A DNA stretch of 30,726 nt from Octopus sinensis (Eukaryota): assembly GCF_006345805.1 (NCBI RefSeq), contig NW_021832471.1, forward strand, positions 1-30,726. Direction: 5' to 3'. A program made the translations under genes and the position numbers. The notes beneath the pieces were generated by a model. The model was not told the origin of the DNA, did no database searches, and was given only the letters and a program-made list of their open reading frames with translations. Shown here piece by piece: positions 14,177 through 25,591 of this stretch. Position 1 is the stretch's first letter. Every line of letters begins with the position of its first letter.

Positions 14177-14220
14177 CCACCTGAAGATTGTCGGTAGCAG
14201 ACATGAAACATTTGTAGTGG
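14177..14220 (+). ncRNA. Minimal type-I hammerhead ribozyme
   Basis: ccac-CTGAAGA-t-TGTC-ggtagca-GACA-t-GAA-ACATTTGT-A-gtgg; helix I ccac/gtgg, GUA cleavage triplet. Confidence 0.7.
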
Positions 14221-14391
14221 CGGTTTATTTAATTTATATTAAAATTTTATGTATTGATTAAGTCTTTCCTTGTTTGGTTTTAAAATAGTGGTTTTGTCTC
14301 GAATTATATTATATAATATTTTACTATAAAATTGGATTTAACCCTAAATCTGATTTTTCCCTGTAATTTTGGATTCATTCCCTAATATTTC

Positions 14392-14456
<65 letters not shown>

Positions 14457-14465
14457 TAGATAGAT

Positions 14466-14510
<45 letters not shown>

Positions 14511-14758
14511 AAGAGACAGAGAGAGTGAGAGAGAAATATGTATTTATATAGATATAGATGTATACACATAGATTGATTAGCTATAGATTATTTCTGATGT
14601 ATTTAGTTGATAATTCAATATGATCATTTAATAATGATAATGAGAATAATTGATAATGATAATTGTGATTAATTAATATAATCTAATATGAACCTTACTT
14701 GTAAAAATAGAAATTAAAAAGTAGCGAGTCGACTAAATTTTAAAAAATGCTGCATAGC

Positions 14759-14791
<33 letters not shown>

Positions 14792-14941
14792 CGTCTCTCT
14801 CTCCCTCTCTCTCCCTCCCTCTCTCTCTCTCCCGCTCTCTCTTTTAACACAAAAATGTACTCATATGAGAGTTATATATACATACACATATGTACATATC
14901 TATACACACACACATATGCATATATTCATAACACATGCAGG

Positions 14942-15220
14942 TGGGAAACTACCACCTGTGTCATCTCTTGTGAAAGGTAGGAGAGTCCAGTTTGCTGGAC
15001 ATTGTTGTAGAGCTGAAAAAGAGGTAATTTCTACTCTTCTCCTCTGGAAGCCATCTACTCGCAATACCAGAGGGCGCACACTCTCCTACCCTAATGTAAT
15101 CTCCAGGGATAGAGGCATCCAGCAACAGGACCTCCGTAATGCCATGATGGACTGTGAAGTCTGGCGTAGCATGGTAAATTCCATTGTCTCGACCACGGTC
15201 GAACAATGATGAATGATGAA
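14942..15220 (+). mobile_element. 3' end of RTE-clade LINE
   Basis: RRVQFAGHCCR...LLLWKP...RGR...AMMDCEVWR C-terminal signature, stop followed by a short TGATGAA tandem tail. Confidence 0.8.
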
Positions 15221-15309
15221 CACATGCATACACACACATAATTCATATAGCTATCCATCCATCCATCCGTACATACATACATACATACATACATACATAC
15301 ATACATACA

Positions 15310-15341
<32 letters not shown>

Positions 15342-15342
<1 letters not shown>

Positions 15343-16133
15343 GGCGGCTGTTCACTGTTGACTGAGGCCTGCCATCACTGACCATTTCCAATGCAAAATG
15401 TCAGCAATGTCAGTGCATGAAGTTACTACACATGCGGTCGCCTACATCTGCGTTTCACGCTCGTGGTTTCCCTGCTCGCTGGGGCGCCCTCCTTGGCCAG
15501 ACATTGGAAAGGTCGCCATACAGGCAATTTCAAAACCAAAAATTTTAGCTCCAATAAAGTTTGGACAAACATCTGACAGACACTCTCTCCACACTATTCA
15601 CATGATCTAGAGTAAAACCAGAACAACATATCCAGTGGCAGCACGGATCGCAGACGCCGGAATATAGGAGTGCAACGATCTCAAGTGCAACAGAATTACT
15701 CCCAAAATGTTTAATGCCATTCCCTGCACATCTGGTTTCATATTACTTTCTTCTGGAGACATGCTGTAACAAAAGCTAAGGGATACCTCAATCCGAGTGG
15801 CCTTCAAGCATGCTGGACACCAACGCGGAACCTCTGACGGCCGGTACATGCATACGTCACGGACTCAGGCAGAAGCCCTGCTTCAGCTGCTCAATTGGGA
15901 TGGTAAAATATAACTTGCGTCTATTTTCTGCTTTACAATTCCCTGACGACATTCTCACCTCTCTGAGGTGCGGCTCGGCTTTCATTTGTGTTTGCTTTAT
16001 CACTGACGAAGCATTTGTCTCCAGTTCCCTAACCGCTGTTCTACTGTTCTTCCTAAGTCCTGCGCCAACCAGTTACAACCAGTTACAACTGGATCGAGCA
16101 AGCGGTATACGTCGGAGAGGTGAGGGGAGATAT
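15342..16133 (+). pseudogene. Probable heavily degraded Ty3/gypsy integrase remnant with polypurine tract
   Basis: WPDIGK, APIKF..SDRH..HTIHM(D)L, EPLT..(PY), PVTTGSSKR occur in the order of gypsy IN motifs; ends GGAGAGGTGAGGGGAGATA-TG. Confidence 0.35.
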
Positions 16134-16148
16134 GCGTGTGTGTGTGCA

Positions 16149-16151
16149 TCC

Positions 16152-16230
<79 letters not shown>

Positions 16231-16235
16231 CATAC

Positions 16236-16271
<36 letters not shown>

Positions 16272-16276
16272 GTCTA

Positions 16277-16343
<67 letters not shown>

Positions 16344-16347
16344 GTCG

Positions 16348-16379
<32 letters not shown>

Positions 16380-16396
16380 TTCTGTCTTTCTGTCTG

Positions 16397-16472
<76 letters not shown>

Positions 16473-16490
16473 CCTACCTACCTACCTATC

Positions 16491-16520
<30 letters not shown>
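16149..16520. repeat. (TCTA)n/(TCTG)n microsatellite
   Basis: Directly visible; gives SIYL ORFs. Confidence 0.95.
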
Positions 16521-16523
<3 letters not shown>

Positions 16524-17947
16524 CTACCGCCTGACCGTCGTACCTTGTCCCGACCCTACCATCACCAAACTAGAACGCATCCTCTTCCGCTTCTTGTGGA
16601 AAGGATGCGTCCCGATGGTCAGGCGATCCATTTGCTGTCAACACCCGTTAAAAGGAGGGCTGGGCATGCCGTGGTTGATGATGCGCAGACACGCGCTGAG
16701 ACTGCGACATCCCCGGCTCTATGTAGACGACGGTGAACAGGTGTGGTCGCCGTTTGTGAGGCACGCATTCCCGCAACTCGTCTCCATGACCGAACTACAG
16801 TCGTGGATCAAAAAGAGGCCGAAGAAGGGCGAATGGCACCGCGAGTGTCGCGTTGCTCTCAAGCAACTCTGCCGTCCCGGGTCGACCTTGAGTGACTTCA
16901 ACACACCAAAGCATTCTATAGGGGATTAGTGGAGGGGAGGTACGACGACGAGCTCGGGGCAAACCTGGGCGTCGACGAGGAATACCTGACCCGCTGTTTC
17001 AAACGACTTTCGGCCGGGACCTATGGACAACTTCCAGAGATCCCTGGCCTGGCGGTGCTACCGAGAAGCGCTACCCGTTCGGGATAAGCTCTATAGGCAT
17101 GGCTCGAGAAACACGGGGCTGACCTGCCCGAGATGCGGGCAGAGCGACGAAACCGCTCTGCACGCAATCGTGCAGTGTCCAGCAATTTCCCATCTGTGGG
17201 CTTATGTCGAACGACTGCTGTCACGTGTGGGACGTGTCGGTTTATCAGCCGAGTCTATCGTTAATATCGTCACGCCTCCCTCCTTCAAACGGGAAGGAAG
17301 AGCTATTTTTATCATACTTGTGGCTATGGCGAAAGAATGTATCTGGTGGACGCGTCTGAAAGGATTAGAGAGAAACACTTTCCTCTCTGGTCAATCTCTC
17401 ATCAACTTCTTCAAGTATCACTTGAAGAAAAAAGTGAGAGTAGAGAGGCAAGTTTTGTCTAGTGAATGTTTTAAAAAAAGATGGGTGAATGTAGCAAGGA
17501 TGGCACGTATGAATGACGAAGCCACCTTGACTATGATTCTATGAACCGTAAAAATTAATACAGAGAGTTGCTTTTTGCAAAAAAAAAAAAAAAAAAGAAT
17601 ATAACATGTGACTTCATTGACCGAGGTTACCGTGGTCTTTTCCGTAGGCTTTTCTTTCCACGGGTAAACCTCACCTGTCCTCCCCTTTACACTTCATATT
17701 GACATTTCTGTGATAACGATCCCTATTGATCAATTTTTTCCTCTCCCCCTTTTTTTTTAACCCCCCCTTTTTTTTGTCCTCTTTCTCTCCTTTTACGATC
17801 CCTTTTGATCGAGCCCGCCCCTTTTTTATTTTATTTTTATTTTATTTTTTTATTTTTTATTTTTTTATTTTTTAAACCTTCAAAAGAAAAGCTCTACCTT
17901 GTAATTTGTTCTATCTGTGTGCAGCCCTGTGTGGCTAATAAAGAAAC
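16519..17947 (+). mobile_element. 5'-truncated Tx1/L1-clade LINE (post-RT region, zf-RVT finger, 3' UTR)
   Basis: FRFLWKG...KGGLGMP; ORF 17023-17544 LAWR..REALPV, CPRCGQSDETALHAIVQC, AKECIW; AATAAA at 17937. Confidence 0.9.
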
Positions 17948-17948
17948 A

Positions 17949-18004
<56 letters not shown>

Positions 18005-18017
18005 ATCTATCTATCTG

Positions 18018-18072
<55 letters not shown>

Positions 18073-18095
18073 GTCTGTCTGTCTGCCTGCCTACC

Positions 18096-18160
<65 letters not shown>
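17949..18160. repeat. (TCTA)n/(TCTG)n microsatellite
   Basis: Directly visible. Confidence 0.95.
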
Positions 18161-18162
<2 letters not shown>

Positions 18163-18908
18163 TTACATCTGTATCTAACGCATGAAATTACGACCCTTGA
18201 CTCACTCTGTAGCTTTTGCTAATTAATAATATATATATATATTAACACACACACATATATACACAGAGATAGATAGATGGTGAGAGAAGCAGATAGAGAT
18301 ACAAATACATAGACATACACGTACATACATTACTGGTTGTTGTTGTGGGTATGAATAATAAACACTGTTCCACACACACATACACACACATATACTGGTC
18401 AAAATCCTTAGTTTTAACGAGTTAACTTTCCAACGACAACGGAACAGAGAGACATAAAAGGCGCAACCTAGACTCCAGCCAATATAGAATCTAATAACAA
18501 TAACAGAACAGATAAATACGTGACATCTCTGACATCTCTTTATATGAATGATATTAATAAATTCTCTTTATATTAATGTCCAATATGATTGTCCCGTGAT
18601 GTATAAAATTTACCTCAATAAAACATGAAAAAGAAGCTTTCACCTTATGAACTACGTAGCAGTAAATATACTTTATTAAATAATATCCATTCCAATAAGG
18701 TCTCCGGCAATAAATAGTAAGATTGTGTGTGTGTGTGTGTGTGTGTGTATGATGTAACCATGGAATGTTGGTCCCACATCTGGAACGGAGCTGTTGCTGT
18801 ACAGACAGCCGACGCATCATTTAATGCAGTGGTCGGTTCTCAACCGGGGTGCCTATGGCTCGTGAGGGTCCACACAAGATTTGTGGGTGTCCGGGCAACA
18901 AAGTAATA

Positions 18909-19247
18909 GGCTGTATGGTAAGAAGCTTGCTTACCAACCACATGGTTCCAGGTTCAGTCCCACTGCGTGGCACTTTGGGCAACCGTCTTCTACTATAGTC
19001 TTCCCTTACGGGACTGTCACGTTATGTTGACAGTATACAACCACTATATATACATACACATATGAACATATATGTGTGTGAGTGTGATTACGTTCTGGTG
19101 GTGGTGTCTTTACGTCTCCGTTACTTAGCGTTTTGGTCAAAGAGGCTAATAGACTAAGTACCCGGCTTAAAATTAATAAGTACTTGGGTCTCCAAGACAA
19201 TGTCCCAGCATGGCCACGGTCGAATGACTAAAACAAGTATAAAAATA
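18909..19247 (+). mobile_element. SINE family A, diverged and internally disrupted
   Basis: Head 18909-19000 and tail 19090-19247 match 4501-4903. Confidence 0.8.
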
Positions 19248-19552
19248 AATGACATACACGCATACATACTTGCATACATATGTGTATACAAACATACAAA
19301 TATGCAGGAAGATTTTGGTTGATAGCCATACGTCTGTGTACGTTTCCCTGTCTTTGTGTGCGTGAGAGAATGTCTATCGATGTAGAGAAATGTTTCTGTC
19401 GCAAATACGGATTGGAAATCTTGTGTTTCTATTTGCTAAAATCTTCCTATTGTGTATTTTTATTAGACTTCGCCTTATCAAGATGGCCTACCCGGACACA
19501 ATATCCCCATTAAATTCACCCACACTACTTCCCCTTTCATCCTACTACTTCC

Positions 19553-19667
19553 CCTTTCATCCTTTAGGAGTCAATAAATTAAGTATCAATTGCGTACTGG
19601 GGTCGATCTAATCGACTGCCTCCATCCCCAAAATTTCCGGCCTTGTGCCTAGAGGAGAAAAGAATAT
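19553..19667 (+). mobile_element. SINE family D core and tail fragment
   Basis: Matches 21229-21343; preceded by a 20-bp tandem duplication (19524-19563). Confidence 0.8.
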
Positions 19668-20197
19668 TTTCTTTTTAGAATGTGTCAATGAAATTTCCTG
19701 TTTCTTTTGACGCCGTCAACTTGCAACCGTTCAGGAAAAACTAAAACTACATCGATATCGCTACTTTGGAATGTCTTCCAAGTATCCTTGACAAGTCTGT
19801 TCCTCCAGAGCAAGCCACAAAATAATGGAAAATAAACTAAATGAATTTCTTTGTCAATGAATCTAAAGTAAATATAAAATTTGTCAGCAAAATCATGTAT
19901 GTTTGTAAACTTAAAATGCAAACGATGTTCTTCAGAAGAAAAATAATCATAAAATAAACGATAGGCACAATTTTTTCTAAATAAAAGACTACATCTTGTT
20001 AAACTGCTAAGATTCATGCGACTGATTTTCAACTTGGACAATTTTAAGCCGATGTCTTCAGGAGAAATGTGAGACGGAAAGGATTATGTTTCTCTGTTTG
20101 AAGGCAGGAAACCAAATACTTAAACAAAGAAATCAATGTTATATTAGAATACTGTAGCATAATCATTTATTTATGAAAATGATACAATTATCAATAT

Positions 20198-20243
<46 letters not shown>

Positions 20244-20333
20244 TTTTCTCTCTGTCGCTGTCTCTCTCTCTCTTTCTCTTTCTCTCTCTTATGGTACAAA
20301 TTAAATAGGCTACAAATACGAATATATATTACA

Positions 20334-20711
20334 GCACTCCGTCGGTTGCGACGACCAGGGTTCTGGTTGATGCGATCAACGGAACAGCTTGCTCGTGAAA
20401 TTAACGTGCAAGTGGCTGAGTACTCCACAGACACGTGTACCCTTAATATAGTTCACGGGGAGATTCAGCATGACACAGAGTGTGACAATGCTGGCCCCTT
20501 TGAAATATAGGTACAAGAGAAACAGGAAGAAAGAGTGAGAGAAAGTTGTGGTGAAAGAGTACAGCAGGGTTCGCCCCCCCCCCTGCCGGAGTTCGTGGAG
20601 CATTAGGTGTATTCGCTCAATAAACACTCACAACGCCTGGTCTGGGAGTCGAAATCGCGATCCTATGACTGCGAGGCCCTTTCCCTAACCACTGGGTCAT
20701 TGCACCTCCAC
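20334..20711 (-). mobile_element. tRNA-derived SINE, family C
   Basis: Minus strand has A box TGACCCAGTGG and B-box-like ATTTCGACTCC; 3' part repeated at 30264-30426. Confidence 0.8.
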
Positions 20712-20751
20712 GAATATATATACAGTACATGGGACAGCAAAGAGTTGAACT

Positions 20752-21343
20752 GGCGGCGAGCTGGCAGAAACGTTAGCACGCCGGGCGAAATGCTTAGTGG
20801 TATTTCGTCTGTCTTTACGTTCTGAGTTCAAATTCCACCGAGGTCAACTTTGCCTTTCATCCTTTTGGGGGACGATAAATTAAGTACCAGTTACGCACTG
20901 GGGTCGATGTAATCGACTTAATACCTATGTCTGTCCTTGTTTGTCCCATCTATGTTTAGCCCCTTGTGGGTAATAAAGAAATAGAAATAGGTATTTCGTC
21001 TGTCTTTATGTTCTGAGTTCAAATTCCACCGAGGTCAACTTTGCCTTTCATTCTTTTGGGGGACGATAAATTAAGTACCAGTTACGCACTGGGGTCGATG
21101 TAATCGACTTAATACCTATGTCTGTCCTTGTTTGTCCCCTCTGTGTTTAGCCCCTTGTGGGTAATAAAGAAATAGGTATTTCGTCTGTCTTTACGTTCTG
21201 AGTTCAAATTCCACCGAGGTCAACTTTGCCTTTCATCCTTTTGGGGGGACGATAAATTAAGTACCAGTTGCGTACTCGGGTCGATCTAATCGACTGGCCC
21301 CTTCCCTAAAATTTCGGGCCTTGCACCTAGAGTAGAAAAGAAT
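20752..21343 (+). mobile_element. SINE family D with internally triplicated body
   Basis: One head, then units starting at 20799, 20990 and 21175, each with B box GAGTTCAAATTCC and core GCCTTTCAT..GATAAATTAAGTACCAG. Confidence 0.9.
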
Positions 21344-22770
21344 ATTACAGGAAACGGAGCAGTTATTCCTGTTTGTTGAATTGTGACGAAAGCCATATGT
21401 CTAACTTCGTTATGCATCAAAAATATTTCTTGCATTGAAATCTAAATGAAAAAAATTTCAAAATTCAATGTTTGAAAATTGAACAATTTCTGTAAAAGGT
21501 GGTTAGTAATAGAGGAAACGTGCACATATGAAACTTGCTGTAGTTTTGAAACTGTTATCTTTAGAAGTAGAAGAACAAGAAACATGTGTGTCCAATATAA
21601 AGATATTTTGAAAGACATTTTAATATTAGAGAAAGCACAGACGTTTATTATATTTTAATAGAAAGAATTCAAGTACATGAATATGTTTGTACAGATATAA
21701 TTATTCGCGGTTGTTTGAAGATTAACATTATTGGAAACGAAAATTTCGATGTCGATTTAGTGATATTTTTAGCGAGCTGAATACGACGTAAAGTGAACGT
21801 GAGAATTGACGTGCAAACAGTCTCAACAAATTTTACATTAATTTAGAAGATGGCTAAATTAAAGCTAAAAATATAAAACAGCTATTAACACCTGGTCTGT
21901 TTATATGCAATTCACGTAATTAATAGAAAAGTAGGTGATATAAGATCAGGTGTGTGTATATATGTATGTGTGTGTTTCTATATATCTGTGTGTAAGTGTC
22001 TGTATGCTCGATAGTGTCTGCGTATGTGTGTGCATGTGTGTATGTATATATACAAGGAATGAAAGATAAGAGAGGCCGAGAGACAAAAAAAAACAATCAG
22101 GGTGAGAGAGAGAAAGAGAGAGAGAGAGGGGGAGAGAGGGAGAGAGAGAGAGAGAGGGGAGAGACAGAGAGAGAATTAAATATTTGTCGAAGTTATCAAC
22201 AAATTTCAAAAATAGTAACGGTTACTGCTTTAGAGTTAATTGCACGGTTGGAATTGGGCTTGTATGGAAACATGTCTGGTTGTGTTATTGGTAGTGTCTG
22301 TTCCCTACGTGAGTAATCCTTAATGACTTTGCTTTAAAATGAGTTAACATGAACTTTACTATATGAGTTCAAATTAAGATGAACTCGGATCTTTTATTTA
22401 GGACTGGATTTGTAATCTGTTGCCGTTTCTTATACTTTCCTCGGTCTTACGTTTATCGCTCTCTCTACTAATACATGTTTCGTTAAATTCTCGATTATAT
22501 ACACCGATCTCACATATTCTCTTCTGAAGATTTCTATTTGAAAATTTAAACTTTTCTTCTGCACGGCATAAGATTTATTTCACCGTCGAATGTATTAATT
22601 TTTGCGGACACAAAACATCACTAGTTTCTTTGCTAACTGCTATTTCTTTTTTCTTTCTTTGTTGTTTGTTTGTTTGTTTGTTTGTTTGCTTGTTTTCTTC
22701 TTCTTTCTCTTTCTTTCTTTCTCTCTTTCTTTCTTTTTCGTCACCCTTCTATATATAATATATATATTAT

Positions 22771-22807
<37 letters not shown>

Positions 22808-23267
22808 GCGTGAGTTGAATTGAAGCAAAACACTATATGAGAGAGGTTTTCTTTAAGTATTAGAAATAGTTTTTAAAAAGTTTTTTTAGCTGCTATTTCT
22901 AATGAGTTCAGTATGCGGCAAAGTAATTTATTTTACTAAGCCCTTTTATATAATGTAATAATTTGAATTCGCCTTAAATGGTCCCTTTGCATACTGAATA
23001 CTTGGTGAAATTGATTAATTAATTAATTTTACCCTCAATTGTTGAAATTATAATTCATCTCTCTCTATATAAGCCGCGGATTTTACCGAAAAAAGCATAG
23101 TGTTTACTGATTTTAACCCACGCTGGTGGAAAGGGGAGAGCAAAATTCTTCGCTTGCATTTTTGAGTTTGTTGGCACTGTTAGTTACGAACAGATCTTCA
23201 GAAGCGAGAGGAAGCCGAAAGGGTATGCTCCTACTTTCAGTGTTTTCAAATCCAAACCAGGGAGTTC

Positions 23268-23321
23268 TGAGCTGATGATAGAAATGTCGAATTTTGACTA
23301 ATCTTGAAACGTACGTTCTCA
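23268..23321 (+). ncRNA. Type-I hammerhead ribozyme, monomer 1
   Basis: tgag-CTGATGA-t-[aga aat gtcgaa..tttgac taa tct]-t-GAA-ACGTACGT-T-ctca; helix I tgag/ctca, perfect palindrome AACGTACGTT, GUU triplet. Confidence 0.75.
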
Positions 23322-23827
23322 AATAACCTTTGCACTTGATTTTTTAATGTCTCTACCCCCTATATTGCGTGAGTTGAATTGAGCAAACACTATATGAGAG
23401 AGGTTTTCTTTAAGTATTAGAAATAGTTTTTAAAAAGTTTTTTTAGCTGCTATTCTAATGAGTTCAGTATGCGGAAAGTAATTATTTTACTAAGCCCTTT
23501 TATATAATGTAATAATTTGAATTCGCCTTAAATGGTCCCTTTGCATACTGAATACTTGGTGAAATTGATTAATTAATTAATTTTACCCTCAATTGTTGAA
23601 ATATAATTCATCTCTCTCTCTATAATATGCCGCGGATTTTACCGAAAAAAGCATAGTGTTTACTGATTTTAATTAACCCACGCTGTGGAAAGGGGAGAGC
23701 AGAAATTCTTCGCTTGCATTTTTGAGTTTGTTGGCACTGTTAGTTACGAACAGATCTTCAGAAGCGAGAGGAAGCCGAAAGGGTATGCTCCTACTTTCAG
23801 TGTTTTCAAATCCAAACCAGGGAGTTC

Positions 23828-23880
23828 TGAGTTGATGATAGAAATGTCGAATTTTGACTAATCTTGAAAGTACGTTCTCA
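23828..23880 (+). ncRNA. Hammerhead ribozyme, monomer 2 (C3>U and 1-nt deletion in helix III)
   Basis: tgag-TTGATGA...GAAAGTACGTT-ctca, 560 bp downstream of the first copy. Confidence 0.55.
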
Positions 23881-24189
23881 AATAACCTTTGCACTTGATT
23901 TTTTAATGTCTCTACCCCCATATTTGCGTGAGTTGAATGAGCAAACACTATATGAGAGAGGTTTTCTTTAAGTATTAGAAATAGTTTTAAAAAAGTTTTT
24001 TTAGCTGCTATTTCTAATGAGTTCAGTATGCGCAAAGTAATATATATTTTACTAAGCCCTTTTATATAATGTAATAATTTGAATTCGCCTTAAATGGTCC
24101 TTTGCATACTGATACTTGGTGAAATTGATTAATTAATTAATTTTACCCTCAATTGTTGAAATTATATATATATCATATATATAATATCA

Positions 24190-24270
24190 GAAGAAAAAGA
24201 AAGTAGGGATTGGGAAGTTGATAATTGTTTATTATTAACAGCAAATTGATCATCCCTTACAGCTGTTTCA
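24190..24270 (-). mobile_element. Truncated Penelope-like tail beginning inside an HHR
   Basis: Minus strand starts TGAA-ACAGCTGT-A-AGGG, the same helix III palindrome as 741-756. Confidence 0.4.
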
Positions 24271-24804
24271 ATTAATTTTCAATAAATATTAAGTAAATAT
24301 TAAATTTATATGATCTGAGCGTAATATCTTCAGAGAGGGAACGATATATATATACATATATATATATATTAGTATGTATATACATATTTATATATAAATA
24401 TATAGATAGAGAGAGAGAGAAAGAAATTTGTGTATGTGTATTCGTGCGTGCGTGAGTGCACGTGCGCGCCTGTGTGCGTGTGTTTGTATGTTTGCATACA
24501 CATATATAGATTGGAATCCATGTGTAGATAGATGTAAATAGACTCAACATGACTATCATATATAAATAACTCGTTTATAATTAGATCGCATATCATCGCT
24601 CAGAAAAATCGATCACCTATTTCTACCAGAAACAAATAGAGAATGTTCGAAACATCACGCGCAAAAGTCAAACTAAATTCCAAGTGAAGAACTCGCTAAG
24701 AAATCACGTTTACAAGTCATTCACAGATGCTTAAAAAATTCCGGCGAATTAACAATTTTAAGATAAACTGTTATTCACACTATAAACTTTTAAATTTGCA
24801 TCTT

Positions 24805-24988
24805 TTAAATTCTTTTATTTGTTTCAGTCATTTGACATCGGCAAAGTTGGAGCACCAACTTTAGTCGAACAAATCGAAACCAGGACTTATTCTTTGTAAG
24901 CGTAGTACTTATTCTATGGTTATCAAGCAATAGTGGGAGGGGCAAACACAGACTCACAAATACAGACACACGCACACACACACACGCA

Positions 24989-25031
<43 letters not shown>

Positions 25032-25156
25032 CGGGCTTCTTTCAGTTGCCTTCTACCAAGTCCACTCACAAGGCTTTCGTCGGCCCGAAGCTATAGTAGA
25101 AGACACTTACTCAAGGTTCCACGCAGTGGGACAGAGCCCGGAACCATGTGGTTGGT
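24805..25156 (-). mobile_element. SINE family A
   Basis: Reverse complement of 4530-4900 with internal (CA)n and a deletion. Confidence 0.85.
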
Positions 25157-25452
25157 GCAGTTTGAGGGTAATACTGTTAAAATCATAGATTCAGTATTGC
25201 AAAAAGGAACATGACGGTTCTGCTTGTTTACTATGCATATACACATGTGTTCATGTACACACCCTTGTGTGTCTGTGTGTGCGTATTTATGAGAATAGAG
25301 GCACCTATTTATACGTACAGATATAAATGTGTATGCATACATATACACGTATATGTTTGCATGCACATAAACATTTGCATGCATATGAGTGCGTATAATC
25401 ACATGTACATATATATGCATCTTTCTTCTATCTCTCTAATTTACATATAGAT

Positions 25453-25496
<44 letters not shown>

Positions 25497-25591
25497 GTAT
25501 ATATATATGCATATGCATATATACATACATACATATATGTATATATATACATATACATATACATATATATATGTATATATATATATATATA

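Larger units (their letters stand above)
13891..14396 (+). mobile_element. Fold-back element family H4 (Penelope-like terminus) with captured flank
   Basis: 13891-14001 is an essentially perfect reverse complement of 14203-14313; (TA)n on both sides. Confidence 0.75.
22807..24165 (+). repeat. ~560-bp tandem repeat x 2.4 with one HHR per full monomer (retrozyme/pseudo-LTR-like)
   Basis: Units start at 22807, 23366 and 23925; copies differ mainly by 1-bp indels; (TA)n at both ends. Confidence 0.9.

Noticed and set aside
18827-18900. CAGTGGTCGGTTCTCAACC resembling a hAT/Charlie terminal repeat
   Set aside because: Interrupted, and no partner inverted repeat or target-site duplication found
19685-20041. 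118-aa minus-strand ORF, and a plus-strand acceptor at 19678
   Set aside because: Non-ATG start, no domain; all plus frames stop quickly. Cannot be supported, though a terminal exon is not excluded
20799-21343. CRISPR-like or prokaryotic repeat system
   Set aside because: Repeats are long SINE bodies without unique spacers; the window is clearly eukaryotic with no cas or operon structure
22930-22990. Twister-like words (AAGCCC, GGTCCC)
   Set aside because: Wrong order and no pseudoknot pairings identifiable
23113-24035. Duplicated minus-strand ORFs in the 560-bp repeat
   Set aside because: Frames differ between copies and there is no homology; the plus-strand RNA fold explains the unit better
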